Shown: one piece after another, positions 7,723 through 17,323 of the stretch
Numbering within the stretch: position 1 is the first letter of the stretch
Layout: every line of letters begins with the position of its first letter
DNA from: an uncultured Bacilli bacterium
GTDB lineage: Bacteria > Bacillota_I > Bacilli_A > RFN20 > CAG-288
Length of the DNA stretch: 56,284 nt
Direction of reading: 5' to 3'
Assembly (NCBI GenBank): GCA_944372245.1
Contig: CALVYN010000003.1
Coordinates: 1-56,284 of the forward strand
Notes under the pieces: model-generated
Databases searched by the model: none
The model's input: only the letters and a program-made list of their open reading frames with translations
What the model was told of the DNA's origin: nothing
Position numbers and translations under genes: made by a program

Positions 7723-8397
7723 ATGGCATTCGCTATCGCAATAGATGGCCCCGCCGGGGCCGGCAAGTCGACTATCGCCAAGAGGGTGGCTAAGGCTCTC
7801 GGCTTCGTCTACGTCGACACCGGCGCCATGTATCGGGCCATCACCCTGGGCTGCATGCGCCAGGGCTTCGACCCGGCCAGGGAGGTGGAGAAGACCATCG
7901 CCGCCCTGCCCTCGCTCCATGTCGAGCTCACGCCCCAGGGCCAGGTTCTCCTAAACGGCGAGGACGTCTCCAAGGCCATCCGGACCGAGGAGTGCTCCCG
8001 CCTGACCTCTCCCACCTCGGCCATCCCCCAGGTGCGCACCTATCTGGTCGCCCAGCAGCGGCAGATGGCCGCCAGCGCCGACGTGGTCATGGACGGCCGG
8101 GACATCGGCACCAACGTATTGCCCGGCGCCCAGGTGAAGATCTTCATGGTCGCCTCGCCCCAGACCCGGGCCCACCGCCGCTATCTCGAGGAGGTGGCCC
8201 GCGGGGAGAAGGCCGATGAGAGCCAGATCCTCCAGGACATCATCCAGCGCGACTACAACGATTCGCACAGACCTACCGACCCTCTGAAGCAGGCTGAAGA
8301 TGCTATCCTCCTCGACACCTCGGACCTCGATGTCGACCAGGTGGTCGCGAAGGTCTTGGAGGCTGTCGCACCCAAGCTGGAGGTGGCCCGTGCCTAG
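7723..8397 (+). CDS. cmk: Cytidylate kinase
   Basis: P-loop IAIDGPAGAGKST, typical length, AGGAGG SD. Confidence 0.93.
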   Translation: MAFAIAIDGPAGAGKSTIAKRVAKALGFVYVDTGAMYRAITLGCMRQGFDPAREVEKTIAALPSLHVELTPQGQVLLNGEDVSKAIRTEECSRLTSPTSAIPQVRTYLVAQQRQMAASADVVMDGRDIGTNVLPGAQVKIFMVASPQTRAHRRYLEEVARGEKADESQILQDIIQRDYNDSHRPTDPLKQAEDAILLDTSDLDVDQVVAKVLEAVAPKLEVARA

Positions 8398-9727
8398 GCT
8401 GCCGCGCCTGGCCATCGTCGGCGAGCCCTCGACCGGCAAGTCGACCCTCTTCAACCGTCTGGTCAAGGAGCGCAAGGCCATCGTCGGCGAGACCCGCGGC
8501 ATCACCCGCGACCGCCTCTACGGTCAGGGCGAGTGGCTGGGGCGGACCTTCACCGTCATCGACACCGGCGGCATCACCGTCGACCACGCTCCCTTCACCG
8601 AGCAGATCCGCGCCCAGGCCGAGATCGCGGTGGAGGAGGCGGATGTCATCCTCTTCCTGGTCGATGGCCGCAAGGGCATCACCGCCGACACCGAGCTGGT
8701 GGCCTCGATCCTCAGGAAGGTCAAGCGGCGGGTGATCCTCGGCGTCAACAAGATCGACGACCAGACGATGATCGGCGCCGGCTACGAGTTCTACTCCCTC
8801 GGCTTTGGCGATCCGATCCTCCTAGCCGCCGATAAGGCCATCGGCATCGGCGACCTGCTGGACGCCATCCTGGCCCGCTTCCCCAGCGAGCTGACCGAGC
8901 CGGGCGAGCACGACGACGGGGCCATCCCCTTCTGCGTCATCGGCCGGCCCAACGTCGGCAAGTCCTCCCTGGTCAACATGATCCTCGGCTCGGACCGCGT
9001 CGTGGTCTCCCCCGTGGCCGGCACGACCCGCGATGCGGTCGACACCCACTTCGTCCGCGACGGGGTCGAGTACCGGGCGGTGGACACCGCCGGTCTGAAC
9101 AAGCGGGGCAAGATCTACGAGGCCATCGACAAGTATGCGGCCCTGCGGGCCATGGACGCCATCGAGAAGTCCAAGGTCGTCCTGGCCCTGGTCGATGCCT
9201 CCCAGCCTCTGACCGCTCAGGACGCCCACATCGTCGGCATCGCCGCCGAGCAGGATAAGCCCCTGGTGGTCGTGGCCTCCAAGTGGGATCTCCACAGTCA
9301 CGGCATCAACGACCAGGAGGAGTTCAAGCGGGAGCTCTACGCCACCATGCCCTTCGTGGGCCACGCCCCCGTCGTCTTCACCTCCTCCGTCGAGCACCGC
9401 GGACTCAACCGTCTCTTCGAGGCCCTCAACGCCGTCTACCAGCAGTCGGGCATCCGCGTGCCGACCGCCCTGCTGAACTCGGTCGTGGCCGACGCCCAGG
9501 TGGCCAACGAGACCCCGCTGTATCACGGCGGCCGCCTGAAGATCAACTACGCCACCCAGGTGGGTGTGTATCCTCCCACCTTCATCCTCTTCGTCAACAA
9601 CCCCGACTTCCTCCACTTCTCCTATCTCCGCTATCTCGAGCGCACGTTCCGCACGCAGTTCAACATGCAGAGCGCGCCGATTAAAATCATCTGTCGAACC
9701 AAGCAGACAGGAGGTTTCAAACTGTGA
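8390..9727 (+). CDS. der: Ribosome-biogenesis GTPase Der (EngA), two G domains
   Basis: GEPSTGKST and GRPNVGKSS P-loops. GTG at 8390 lies 6 nt after GGAGG (8379-8383) and overlaps the cmk end by 8 nt. The track start at 8300 lies inside cmk. Confidence 0.92.
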   Translation: MPRLPRLAIVGEPSTGKSTLFNRLVKERKAIVGETRGITRDRLYGQGEWLGRTFTVIDTGGITVDHAPFTEQIRAQAEIAVEEADVILFLVDGRKGITADTELVASILRKVKRRVILGVNKIDDQTMIGAGYEFYSLGFGDPILLAADKAIGIGDLLDAILARFPSELTEPGEHDDGAIPFCVIGRPNVGKSSLVNMILGSDRVVVSPVAGTTRDAVDTHFVRDGVEYRAVDTAGLNKRGKIYEAIDKYAALRAMDAIEKSKVVLALVDASQPLTAQDAHIVGIAAEQDKPLVVVASKWDLHSHGINDQEEFKRELYATMPFVGHAPVVFTSSVEHRGLNRLFEALNAVYQQSGIRVPTALLNSVVADAQVANETPLYHGGRLKINYATQVGVYPPTFILFVNNPDFLHFSYLRYLERTFRTQFNMQSAPIKIICRTKQTGGFKL

Positions 9728-10725
9728 AAGCTGCTGTTTTAGGAACGGGTGCCTGGGGCACAGCCCTCGCCCAGGTACTTGCTGACAATGGCTGCAACGT
9801 GTGCATGTGGGGCGTGGACCCCTCCCAGGTCGAGGATATCCGCGACCGGCGCATCAACACCGCCTACTTCAAGGACCTGCACCTGCCCGCGAATCTGACC
9901 GCCACGACCGATATCGGCGAGGCGGTGACCGACGCGGCTCTGATGGTGGTGGCCGTGCCCAGCTTCGCCGTGCGCGAGACGGTGGCCAAGGCGGCCCCGA
10001 GCTGCGTCAGCGGCGTTCTCCCCATCTCGGTGGCCAAGGGCTTCGATCCGGTGACGGGCGGCTTCATGTCCGACGCCATCCGCGAGGCGCTGCCCGCCAG
10101 CGCCCGGCGCGAGGTGGTGACCCTGGCGGGCCCCAGCTTCGCCGTCGAGGTGGCCAAGCGCCTGCCCACGGCGGTCGTGGCGGCCTCGCCCGACCCTGAG
10201 AGCGCCCACCTGTGCCAGTCGGTCTTCTCCAACAGCTATTTCCGGGTCTACACCAACGATGACGAGATCGGCGCGGAGCTGTGCGGCGCCATCAAGAACG
10301 TCCTGGCGCTGGGCGCGGGCTGTCTGGATGGCATGGGCTACTCCACCAACACCCGTGCAGCCCTGATCACCCGCGGCCTGGCGGAGATGGGCCGCCTGGT
10401 TCTGGCCCTCGGCGGCCAGGCCTCGACCGTCTACGGCCTCACCGGCCTAGGCGATTTGGTCCTGACCTGCTCCTCCAGCGAGTCCCGCAACTACCAGGTC
10501 GGCTTCCAGATCGGCCGGGTCGGAAGAGCCGCGCCCGTCCTGGCGGACAACCGCCTGACGGCCGAGGGCGTCAAGGCCTCGGCCATCCTGCACGAGAAGG
10601 CCCAGAAGGCCCAGTGCGAGATGCCGATCTGCGACAGCATCTATCGGGTGCTCTACGAGGGCGCCGACGTCAGCGAGACCATCGACAACCTGATGTGCCG
10701 ACCCCTGAGACGGGAGGATGAGTAG
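9724..10725 (+). CDS. gpsA: NAD(P)H-dependent glycerol-3-phosphate dehydrogenase
   Basis: N-terminal Rossmann motif VLGTGAWGTALA. The GTG start overlaps the der stop (GTGA). Confidence 0.92.
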   Translation: MKAAVLGTGAWGTALAQVLADNGCNVCMWGVDPSQVEDIRDRRINTAYFKDLHLPANLTATTDIGEAVTDAALMVVAVPSFAVRETVAKAAPSCVSGVLPISVAKGFDPVTGGFMSDAIREALPASARREVVTLAGPSFAVEVAKRLPTAVVAASPDPESAHLCQSVFSNSYFRVYTNDDEIGAELCGAIKNVLALGAGCLDGMGYSTNTRAALITRGLAEMGRLVLALGGQASTVYGLTGLGDLVLTCSSSESRNYQVGFQIGRVGRAAPVLADNRLTAEGVKASAILHEKAQKAQCEMPICDSIYRVLYEGADVSETIDNLMCRPLRREDE

Positions 10726-10726
10726 G

Positions 10727-11110
10727 ATGAACGTTCCCAAGCTGAAGCTGAACCTGTCGGCTGACGCCATCTATCTGCGCGAGTTCAAGCCGACTGAGAA
10801 GGCGGGCTACAACTGCCTCCAGGTCGATACGATGCTTGATGCCATCATCAAGGACTACGAGGCGGTCGACGTCTACTGCGCCAAGATGGACACCTTCGCC
10901 ACCTACCTGCAGAACCAGAACCACATCCTGGAGGAGCGCAACGAGGAGCTCTCCCGCCAGCTGCTCGAGTCGGAGAAGAAGGTGGCTGAGCTGCGGTCTC
11001 TCACCGGCGTGAGCGCGGACCTGTCCCAGGACCAGCTGGAGCTGATCAAGCACATCGCCAAGCTGGAGGCGGCCCTGCGCGAGGCCGGAGTCGATCCCAG
11101 CCACATCTGA
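10727..11110 (+). CDS. DivIVA-domain (GpsB-like) cell-division protein
   Basis: N-terminal DivIVA motif F-x5-GY-x3-VD-x-LD-x3-DYE (FKPTEKAGYNCLQVDTMLDAIIKDYE) followed by a coiled coil. ATG at 10727 lies 9 nt after GGGAGG. Confidence 0.8.
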   Translation: MNVPKLKLNLSADAIYLREFKPTEKAGYNCLQVDTMLDAIIKDYEAVDVYCAKMDTFATYLQNQNHILEERNEELSRQLLESEKKVAELRSLTGVSADLSQDQLELIKHIAKLEAALREAGVDPSHI

Positions 11111-11117
11111 ATTCAAT

Positions 11118-11141
11118 TCCCCCTAAACAGGGGGGATTTTT
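11118..11141 (+). terminator. Rho-independent terminator
   Basis: TCCCCC-taaacag-GGGGGA stem followed by TTTTT. Confidence 0.7.
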
Positions 11142-11278
11142 AATGGCTGCCAGACTAAGTGCAACCGACTGCTAGAACTTGCATTTACTCTGGCAATTTT
11201 CCTGAGGGGATTTTCAACCCGAGTAAGGGGCAATCGGGTGGTCTAGTGTAAAATAAAGGATTGCGGGGAATTCCTTTC

Positions 11279-11657
11279 TTCTCCGCACTTCGCTCAAGCT
11301 GCTGATGGCGTCTCGTGCGCCATAGGAAAGTCCACGCTCGCGCCGCCTGCGATGGCGGCAGTGTCTGCGCCAGCGGAAGTCATGACGCTGGGCACGGGAT
11401 CGAGGGAGACCGTGACGGCAAGAGGGGGTAGCCTAAGGCTTCGGCTATGGCCACCTCCGTGTAACGCTCCACAGTGACGATACCTCGGGGAAACCCGAGG
11501 GGTGAAACGAGGAAAGCCCCACAAGCGAGAAACCTAAATTTTGGTAAGGGAGGGACGAGGGGAGAACTGAATCTCCGAGTCCAGCGGGTCCACACCCGCT
11601 AGATAAATTGCAGCTCACGACAAAACGTGGCTTACAGAGCGAAGAGATCCCTCACTT
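11279..11657 (+). ncRNA. rnpB: RNase P RNA, type B (Bacillus-like); ends approximate
   Basis: Blocks matching B. subtilis rnpB are read directly: GGAAAGTCCACGCTCGC, GCGGAAGTCAT, CTTCGGCTATGGC, CCACAGTGACGA, GCGAGAAACCTAAATTTTGGTAAGGGA, ACAAAACGTGGCTTACAGAGCG. P1 pairs CTTCGCTC (11288-11295) with GAGCGAAG (11637-11644). A T-run follows at 11656-11661. Confidence 0.85.
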
Positions 11658-11688
11658 TTTTGTTAGAGAACGGGAGAGAGGTGCCGAC

Positions 11689-12429
11689 ATGTGGAAAAAA
11701 CTGCTCAACGTACCTAATACCCTGACCCTTTCTCGGGTCATATTGTCTATCGGTCTATTCATCCTTCTATGTGTTCCATTCTTTGCTGAGCCAGCCCAGT
11801 TGGCTCTGATTCCCAAGACGCATATCACCGCGTTGGACCTCGTGTGCACCGTGGTGTTCATCCTCCTGGCCTCGACCGACGGCCTGGACGGGCACATCGC
11901 CCGCTCGACCGACCAGGTCACCGACCTGGGCAAGGTCTTGGACCCCCTGGCGGACAAGCTGCTGGTCGATGGGACGATGATCATGCTCTCGGCCCGCTCG
12001 CCGATGCTCCTGCCTCCGATCTTCACCGTGCTCTTTGTCGGGCGCGACCTGATGGTCGACGGCATGAGGATCATGTGCGCCTCCAAGGGCCACGTGGTCG
12101 CGGCGAACATGTGGGGCAAGGTCAAGACCGTGATGGAGATGATCCTCATCCCCATCGTCATGCTGCGGGGCTTCCCACTCAACTTCGTCGATATGGCTGT
12201 CACCCCGGCGGCCTACGAGTACTCCAGCTGGATCGCCAACGGACCCTGGAGCTATGACGGCGAGCTGTACGCCATGATCTTCTGTCTGATCCTGGGCGTT
12301 ATCACCCTCGTCCTCTCGCTCCTCTCGGGTGCCATCTACCTGTATCGGGGCCGCTACGCCCTGACGGGTGTGCCCGAGCCTCAAAAGAAGGACGAGAACC
12401 GGAAGGAGGATTCCCATGGAGATCGATAA
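11689..12429 (+). CDS. pgsA: CDP-diacylglycerol--glycerol-3-phosphate 3-phosphatidyltransferase
   Basis: CDP-alcohol phosphatidyltransferase motif DGLDGHIAR...G..LDPLADK. The ATG at 11689 gives the N-terminus MWKKLLNVPNTLTLSR. The track start at 11608 lies inside rnpB. The protein carries a C-terminal extension of about 50 aa. Confidence 0.9.
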   Translation: MWKKLLNVPNTLTLSRVILSIGLFILLCVPFFAEPAQLALIPKTHITALDLVCTVVFILLASTDGLDGHIARSTDQVTDLGKVLDPLADKLLVDGTMIMLSARSPMLLPPIFTVLFVGRDLMVDGMRIMCASKGHVVAANMWGKVKTVMEMILIPIVMLRGFPLNFVDMAVTPAAYEYSSWIANGPWSYDGELYAMIFCLILGVITLVLSLLSGAIYLYRGRYALTGVPEPQKKDENRKEDSHGDR

Positions 12430-12904
12430 CCGCATCATCAATCTGGCTGCGATGGTCAAGGCGATACTGGTCCAGCGGAAGGAGACCCTGAGCTGCTGCG
12501 AGAGTCTGACGGGCGGCCTCTTCGGAGCTTCCATCTGCTGCATCCCCGGCGCCTCAGACTGCTTTAAGGGCGGTGTCATCACCTACTGCGACGCGGTCAA
12601 GGTGGCGGTGGGCGTGAGCCAGAAGACCCTGGATGACCACACCGCCATCTCGGGCGAGTGCGCCCAGGAGATGGCCCTCGCGGCCAGCCGCTTCACGCAG
12701 TCCGACTGGGCGGTCTCCTTCACTGGAAACGCCGGTCCGACCGCCCAGGATGGGGCTCCGGTGGGGCTGGTCTTCATCGGCGTGGCCCATCGCGGGCAGG
12801 TGCGCGCGTTCCGCTATCAGCTGGAGGGGGACCGCAGCCAGGTGCGCCTGGATGCGGTGCGCGAGGGCCTGAGGCTCCTTCTGAAGGCCATCGCCGACGA
12901 GTAG
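12416..12904 (+). CDS. cinA: CinA C-terminal domain protein (nicotinamide-nucleotide amidohydrolase PncC-like)
   Basis: Motif CCESLTGGL. ATG at 12416 follows AAGGAGGA and overlaps the pgsA end by 14 nt. pgsA-cinA-recA synteny. Confidence 0.85.
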   Translation: MEIDNRIINLAAMVKAILVQRKETLSCCESLTGGLFGASICCIPGASDCFKGGVITYCDAVKVAVGVSQKTLDDHTAISGECAQEMALAASRFTQSDWAVSFTGNAGPTAQDGAPVGLVFIGVAHRGQVRAFRYQLEGDRSQVRLDAVREGLRLLLKAIADE

Positions 12905-12967
12905 CGCGAAAAGATTCACCCACTTTCATTCGAGATGGATAGTTATAAGCGGTAGGGAGAAAGTCAT

Positions 12968-14026
12968 ATGGCAACCAAGAAGGAACAGCAGGGCGACGCG
13001 AGCCTGAGCGCCCAGCGCAAGAGCGACCAGCAGCTGGAGGCGACCCTCAAGGAGATCGAGAAGGCCTTCGGCAAAGAGGCGGTGCTCCGTCTGGGCGACC
13101 GCCCCGCAACCGACGTGGGGGCGATCCCCACCGGCTCGCTCCTGCTCGATGCCGCTCTGGGCATCGGCGGCTACCCCAAGGGGCGCATCGTGGAGATCTA
13201 CGGTCCCGAGTCCTCGGGTAAGACCACTCTGGCCCTCGAGGCCATCGCCCAGGTGCAGAAGGCCGGCGGCCGGGCGGCTTTTGTCGATGCCGAGCACGCG
13301 ATCGACCCCGAGTATGCCGCGGCCCTCGGCGTCGACGTCGACAACCTCATCCTCTCCCAGCCCGACTACGGAGAGCAGGCTCTGGACATCGTCGAGATGC
13401 TCGCCCGCGGTGGCGCCTTCGACCTGATCATCGTCGACTCGGTCGCGGCCCTCGTGCCCAAGGCCGAGCTGGATGGCACCCTCTCCGACCAGAGCGTCGG
13501 TCTGCAGGCGCGCCTGATGTCCAAGGCACTCCGCAAGCTGGCGGGTCAGCTCAGCAAATCTAACTGCACCGTCATCTTCATCAACCAGCTGCGCGAGAAG
13601 GTCGGTCTGATGTTCGGCAACCCCGAGACGACCACTGGCGGTCGCGCCCTGAAGTTCTACGCCTCGGTCCGTCTGGATATCCGCCGCACCGAGACGCTCA
13701 AGGACGGCGACACCGTCATCGGCAACGGCGTGACCGTCAAGGTCGTCAAGAACAAGGTCGCCCCTCCCTATCGCGTGGCCAAGCTGCAGATGATCTACGG
13801 CCAGGGCATCTCCCACGAGCGCGAGGTGGTCTCCCTGGCTCTGGCCTACGGCCTGATCCAGAAGTCGGGCTCCTGGTTCTCCTACGGCGACCAGCGGCTG
13901 GGGCAGGGCGTGCCCAACCTGCTGAAGTTCCTCCAGGAGAATCCCGAGGTGGCTCAGACCATCGAGGACACCGTCCGCAAGAACCTGGCCGACGGGGTCG
14001 CCTACGATCCCAAGGCGATGCTCTAA
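12968..14026 (+). CDS. recA: Recombinase RecA
   Basis: Walker [13 protein letters not shown] and the highly conserved RecA core. Confidence 0.97.
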   Translation: MATKKEQQGDASLSAQRKSDQQLEATLKEIEKAFGKEAVLRLGDRPATDVGAIPTGSLLLDAALGIGGYPKGRIVEIYGPESSGKTTLALEAIAQVQKAGGRAAFVDAEHAIDPEYAAALGVDVDNLILSQPDYGEQALDIVEMLARGGAFDLIIVDSVAALVPKAELDGTLSDQSVGLQARLMSKALRKLAGQLSKSNCTVIFINQLREKVGLMFGNPETTTGGRALKFYASVRLDIRRTETLKDGDTVIGNGVTVKVVKNKVAPPYRVAKLQMIYGQGISHEREVVSLALAYGLIQKSGSWFSYGDQRLGQGVPNLLKFLQENPEVAQTIEDTVRKNLADGVAYDPKAML

Positions 14027-14042
14027 AGGCGAAATCGATATT

Positions 14043-14070
14043 AAAAAAGCCGGCTTATAGCCGGTTTTTT
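14043..14070. terminator. Bidirectional terminator between recA and glyA
   Basis: AAAAGCCGGCT-tat-AGCCGGTTTT hairpin flanked by an A-run and a T-run. Confidence 0.75.
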
Positions 14071-14085
14071 GTTGGATACAACCTA

Positions 14086-15333
14086 TTATTCTGGAAGCGG
14101 GAACGAGCGGTTGAGAGCCACGACCTTCTCCTTGATGCCAGCGAGGTACTCGGGCTGGTCGCGGTGGTCGATTGCCTCGTCAATCAGGTGGGCGATGGTG
14201 ATGAACTCGCCCTCCTTGAAGCCGCGGGTTGTCATGGCCGGAGTGCCGATGCGCAGGCCCGAGGTGATGTAGGGCTTCTGGGTGTCATAGGGGATGGAGT
14301 TGCGGTTGGCGGTGATGTTCACGCTCTCCAGCAGGGTCTGGACCTGGCGGCCGGTCAGACCCTTGGAGGTCAGGACATCCAGGAGGAAGAGGTGGTTGTC
14401 GGTGCCCCCGGTCAGGACGCGATAGCCGAGCTTGACGAACTCCTCGCTCATGGCCTTGGCGTTGGCCACGACCTGGGCCATGTAGGTGGCATATTCAGGG
14501 GCTAAGTCCTCCTTGAAGGCCACGGCCTTGGCGGCGATGACGTGCTCCAGGGGTCCGCCCTGGATGCCGGGGAAGACACACTTGTCGATGCGCTTGGCCA
14601 GCTCCTCGCTGTCGGTCAGGATCAGACCGCCCCTAGGGCCACGCAGAGTCTTGTGGGTGGTGGAGGTCACCACGTCCGCCAGACCGATGGGGGAGGGGTG
14701 GAGGCCGGTGGCCACCAGGCCGGCGATGTGGGCGATGTCGGCCAGAAGGAAGGCGCCGACCTCATCGGCGATGCGGCGGAAGGCGGCGAAGTCGATGGTG
14801 CGCGAGTAGGCGGAGGCGCCGCAGATGATCAGGTTGGGCTTGAACTCCCGAGCCTGCTCCAGGATGCGGTCATAATCCAGGAGCAGGGTCTTCTCATCGA
14901 CGCTGTAGGAGGCGGAGACGTAGTCCTGCCCCGAGAAGGAGAGGCTGTAGCCGTGGGAGAGGTGGCCGCCCCCATCCACGCTCATGCCCATGATCCGGCC
15001 TCCGGGCGGAACCAGGGCCCGGATGGCCGCCATATTGGCGGCGGAGCCGGAGTGGGGCTGGACGTTGGCAAAGCGGCAGCCGAACAGCTCCTTCACTCGC
15101 TCCTGGGCCAAGCGCTCGACCCGGTCGACATTCTCGCAGCCGCCGTAGTAGCGCTTGCCGGGATAGCCCTCGGCATACTTGTTGGTCAGGACGCTGCCCT
15201 GGGCCTCCCTCACGGCGCGGGAGACGAAATTCTCGCTGGCGATCAGCTCGGTCGAGTCCCGCTGGCGCTCCTCCTCGGCTGAGATGGCCGCAAAGACCTC
15301 AGGGTCGACTGAGGGGTCGAAATCTCTGGTCAT
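14086..15333 (-). CDS. glyA: Serine hydroxymethyltransferase
   Basis: PLP-lysine motif [12 protein letters not shown], 415 aa. Confidence 0.96.
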   Translation of the reverse strand: MTRDFDPSVDPEVFAAISAEEERQRDSTELIASENFVSRAVREAQGSVLTNKYAEGYPGKRYYGGCENVDRVERLAQERVKELFGCRFANVQPHSGSAANMAAIRALVPPGGRIMGMSVDGGGHLSHGYSLSFSGQDYVSASYSVDEKTLLLDYDRILEQAREFKPNLIICGASAYSRTIDFAAFRRIADEVGAFLLADIAHIAGLVATGLHPSPIGLADVVTSTTHKTLRGPRGGLILTDSEELAKRIDKCVFPGIQGGPLEHVIAAKAVAFKEDLAPEYATYMAQVVANAKAMSEEFVKLGYRVLTGGTDNHLFLLDVLTSKGLTGRQVQTLLESVNITANRNSIPYDTQKPYITSGLRIGTPAMTTRGFKEGEFITIAHLIDEAIDHRDQPEYLAGIKEKVVALNRSFPLPE

Positions 15334-15622
15334 GGTGTCTATCTCCTCTCGGGGGAGATTATACGGAACGGGCTATCCCGTGTAGCCAGGTTTCCCAACC
15401 TTGGTCCCGGGTTATTATTTTTATAAATATGTTTATAAGTTTATAATTAGCGACGTGTGAACTGAACTTCACCGAATAGATCGCCCCGCCGGGCGCTAGC
15501 ATACGGATATATCTTCGCTCTGGACGTCTGTGTCGACCAGCTCTGTCGCGCGTTTAGCGCGCTCGTGTGCCGCTGCTCTCGCGGGTGATTTTCACAAGTA
15601 ATTTTAGGAGAGAAGATAAAAG

Positions 15623-17323
15623 ATGGAACCCATTGCAATCGTAGTTATTTGCGTGCTTTCCGTCCTCGTTATCGCTGCCGGTGTCGGCGGCGGTTTCCTC
15701 GCTTACCACCTCTTGAAGAGGCGGGCTGAAAAGGCCAGGAGCGACGCCGCTTCGATCGTGAGCGAGGCCCATGCGGCCGCCGAGGAGATCCTCAAGCGGG
15801 CGCGGAGCGAGGCGGAGCGGGCGCAGGCGGACGGCAAGGCCAACGCCGAGCTGGCCATCTCTCGCGCCAAGCTGGAGGCCCAGTCAGTCAGGACCGCGGC
15901 CGAGGCCGAGGGCAAGCAGGTGCGAACGGCCGCCCAGTCGGAGGCTGAGAAGATCAGATCTCAGGCCAAGTGCGAGGGCGACGAGATGGTCGTTGCCCGC
16001 ACCGCGGAGCTGGCCGCTCAGGCCCGCAAGCTGGACGACCGCGAGGCCGGCATCCAGCGCCGCGACGATGCCCTGACCGCCCGCGAGGCGGAGGTCGAGA
16101 AGCTCAAGGCCGACACCAAGGCTAAGGCCGAGTCCCTGCAGGCGCTCGAGACCCAGCTCAACACTCGCCAGGAGAGTATCGAGGTCGAGCTCTGCCGCGT
16201 GGCGCACCTGAGCCAGGAGGACGCCCGCCGCGAGGTTCTGGCCAAGGCCGAGGAGCGCTCGGCCGTCGAGGTCGCCGAGCTGCTCAAGACCCGGCACGAC
16301 GAGGCGGAGGACAAGGCGGAGGAGACCGCCAGGACCATCCTGGCCAACGCCATGGAGCGCTACTCCCAGGATGTCGCCATCGAGCGGACCACCACGACCG
16401 TCGCCCTGCCCAGCGACGAGATGAAGGGCCGGATCATCGGCCGCGAGGGTCGCAACATCAAATCCCTGGAGGCCATCCTGGGTGTCGATATCCTCATCGA
16501 CGACACCCCCGAGGCCCTGACCGTCTCCTGCTTCAACCCCATCCGGCGCGAGGCGGCGGTGAGGACGCTGCAGGTCCTCATCAAGGATGGCCGCATCCAG
16601 CCCGGCCGCATCGAGGAGACCTACGCCAAGATCAAGAAGAGCCTCGACGACGAGATCCGCCACATCGGCGAGGAGGTGGTCATGCGGCTGGGCCTGCCCA
16701 AGATCAACCGCGACCTCTGCTACTACATCGGCCGGCTGAAGTACCGCACCTCCTTCACCCAGAACGCCCTAGAGCACTGCATCCAGGTCGGTGAGCTGTG
16801 CGGCATGATGGCGGCCGAGCTGGGTCTGGATCAGACCCTGGCCAAGCGCTGCGGCCTGCTCCACGACATCGGCAAGGCGGCCGACTTCGAGCTCGAGGGC
16901 AGCCACGTGGAGATCGGCGCCCGCCTGGCCAAGAAGTACGGCGAGCCCCCCGAGGTCATCTCCGCCATCTCCTCGCATCACGGCGACTGTGAGAAGAAGT
17001 ACATCTACGACGTGCTGGTCGTGGCGGCCGACACCCTGTCGGCGGCCCGCCCCGGTGCCCGTTCGGAGACCCTGGAGAACTATATCCAGCGCGTCGCCGA
17101 CATCGAGCGGATCTGCACCAGCTACGAGGGGGTGCAGAGCTGCTACGCCTTCCAGTCGGGCCGCGACGTGCGCATCACCGTCTACCCCGAGAAGATCGAC
17201 GACCGCGGAATCACCCTGCTGGCCCAGCAGATCCGCGACCGCATCCAGAGCGAGATGACCTACCCCGGCAACATCAAGATCACGGTCATCAGGGAGAGCC
17301 GCGCCAGTGAGACCGCACGATAG
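15623..17323 (+). CDS. rny: Ribonuclease Y
   Basis: N-terminal TM helix, long Ala/Glu coiled coil, KH motif GRIIGREGRNIKSLE, HD domain (LLHDIGKA). Confidence 0.95.
   Translation: MEPIAIVVICVLSVLVIAAGVGGGFLAYHLLKRRAEKARSDAASIVSEAHAAAEEILKRARSEAERAQADGKANAELAISRAKLEAQSVRTAAEAEGKQVRTAAQSEAEKIRSQAKCEGDEMVVARTAELAAQARKLDDREAGIQRRDDALTAREAEVEKLKADTKAKAESLQALETQLNTRQESIEVELCRVAHLSQEDARREVLAKAEERSAVEVAELLKTRHDEAEDKAEETARTILANAMERYSQDVAIERTTTTVALPSDEMKGRIIGREGRNIKSLEAILGVDILIDDTPEALTVSCFNPIRREAAVRTLQVLIKDGRIQPGRIEETYAKIKKSLDDEIRHIGEEVVMRLGLPKINRDLCYYIGRLKYRTSFTQNALEHCIQVGELCGMMAAELGLDQTLAKRCGLLHDIGKAADFELEGSHVEIGARLAKKYGEPPEVISAISSHHGDCEKKYIYDVLVVAADTLSAARPGARSETLENYIQRVADIERICTSYEGVQSCYAFQSGRDVRITVYPEKIDDRGITLLAQQIRDRIQSEMTYPGNIKITVIRESRASETAR

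Noticed and set aside
11261-11271. The 11-mer GGATTGCGGGG is shared between the rnpB upstream region (11261) and the csp promoter spacer (35641)
   Set aside because: In 56 kb, hundreds of 11-mer coincidences are expected by chance under any-versus-any comparison. The two copies also sit at different positions relative to their -10 elements.
11294-11595. ORFs 11294..11524(-) and 11380..11595(-), and the 11608 start of pgsA
   Set aside because: The region is occupied by the RNase P RNA on the plus strand. The pgsA N-terminus and SD fit the ATG at 11689.
12905-12967. Looked for a LexA/Cheo box (CGAAC-N4-GTTCG) upstream of recA
   Set aside because: None is present in the 63-nt cinA-recA spacer. 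recA may be co-transcribed with pgsA-cinA, or the SOS operator in this lineage may differ. There is nothing positive to report.
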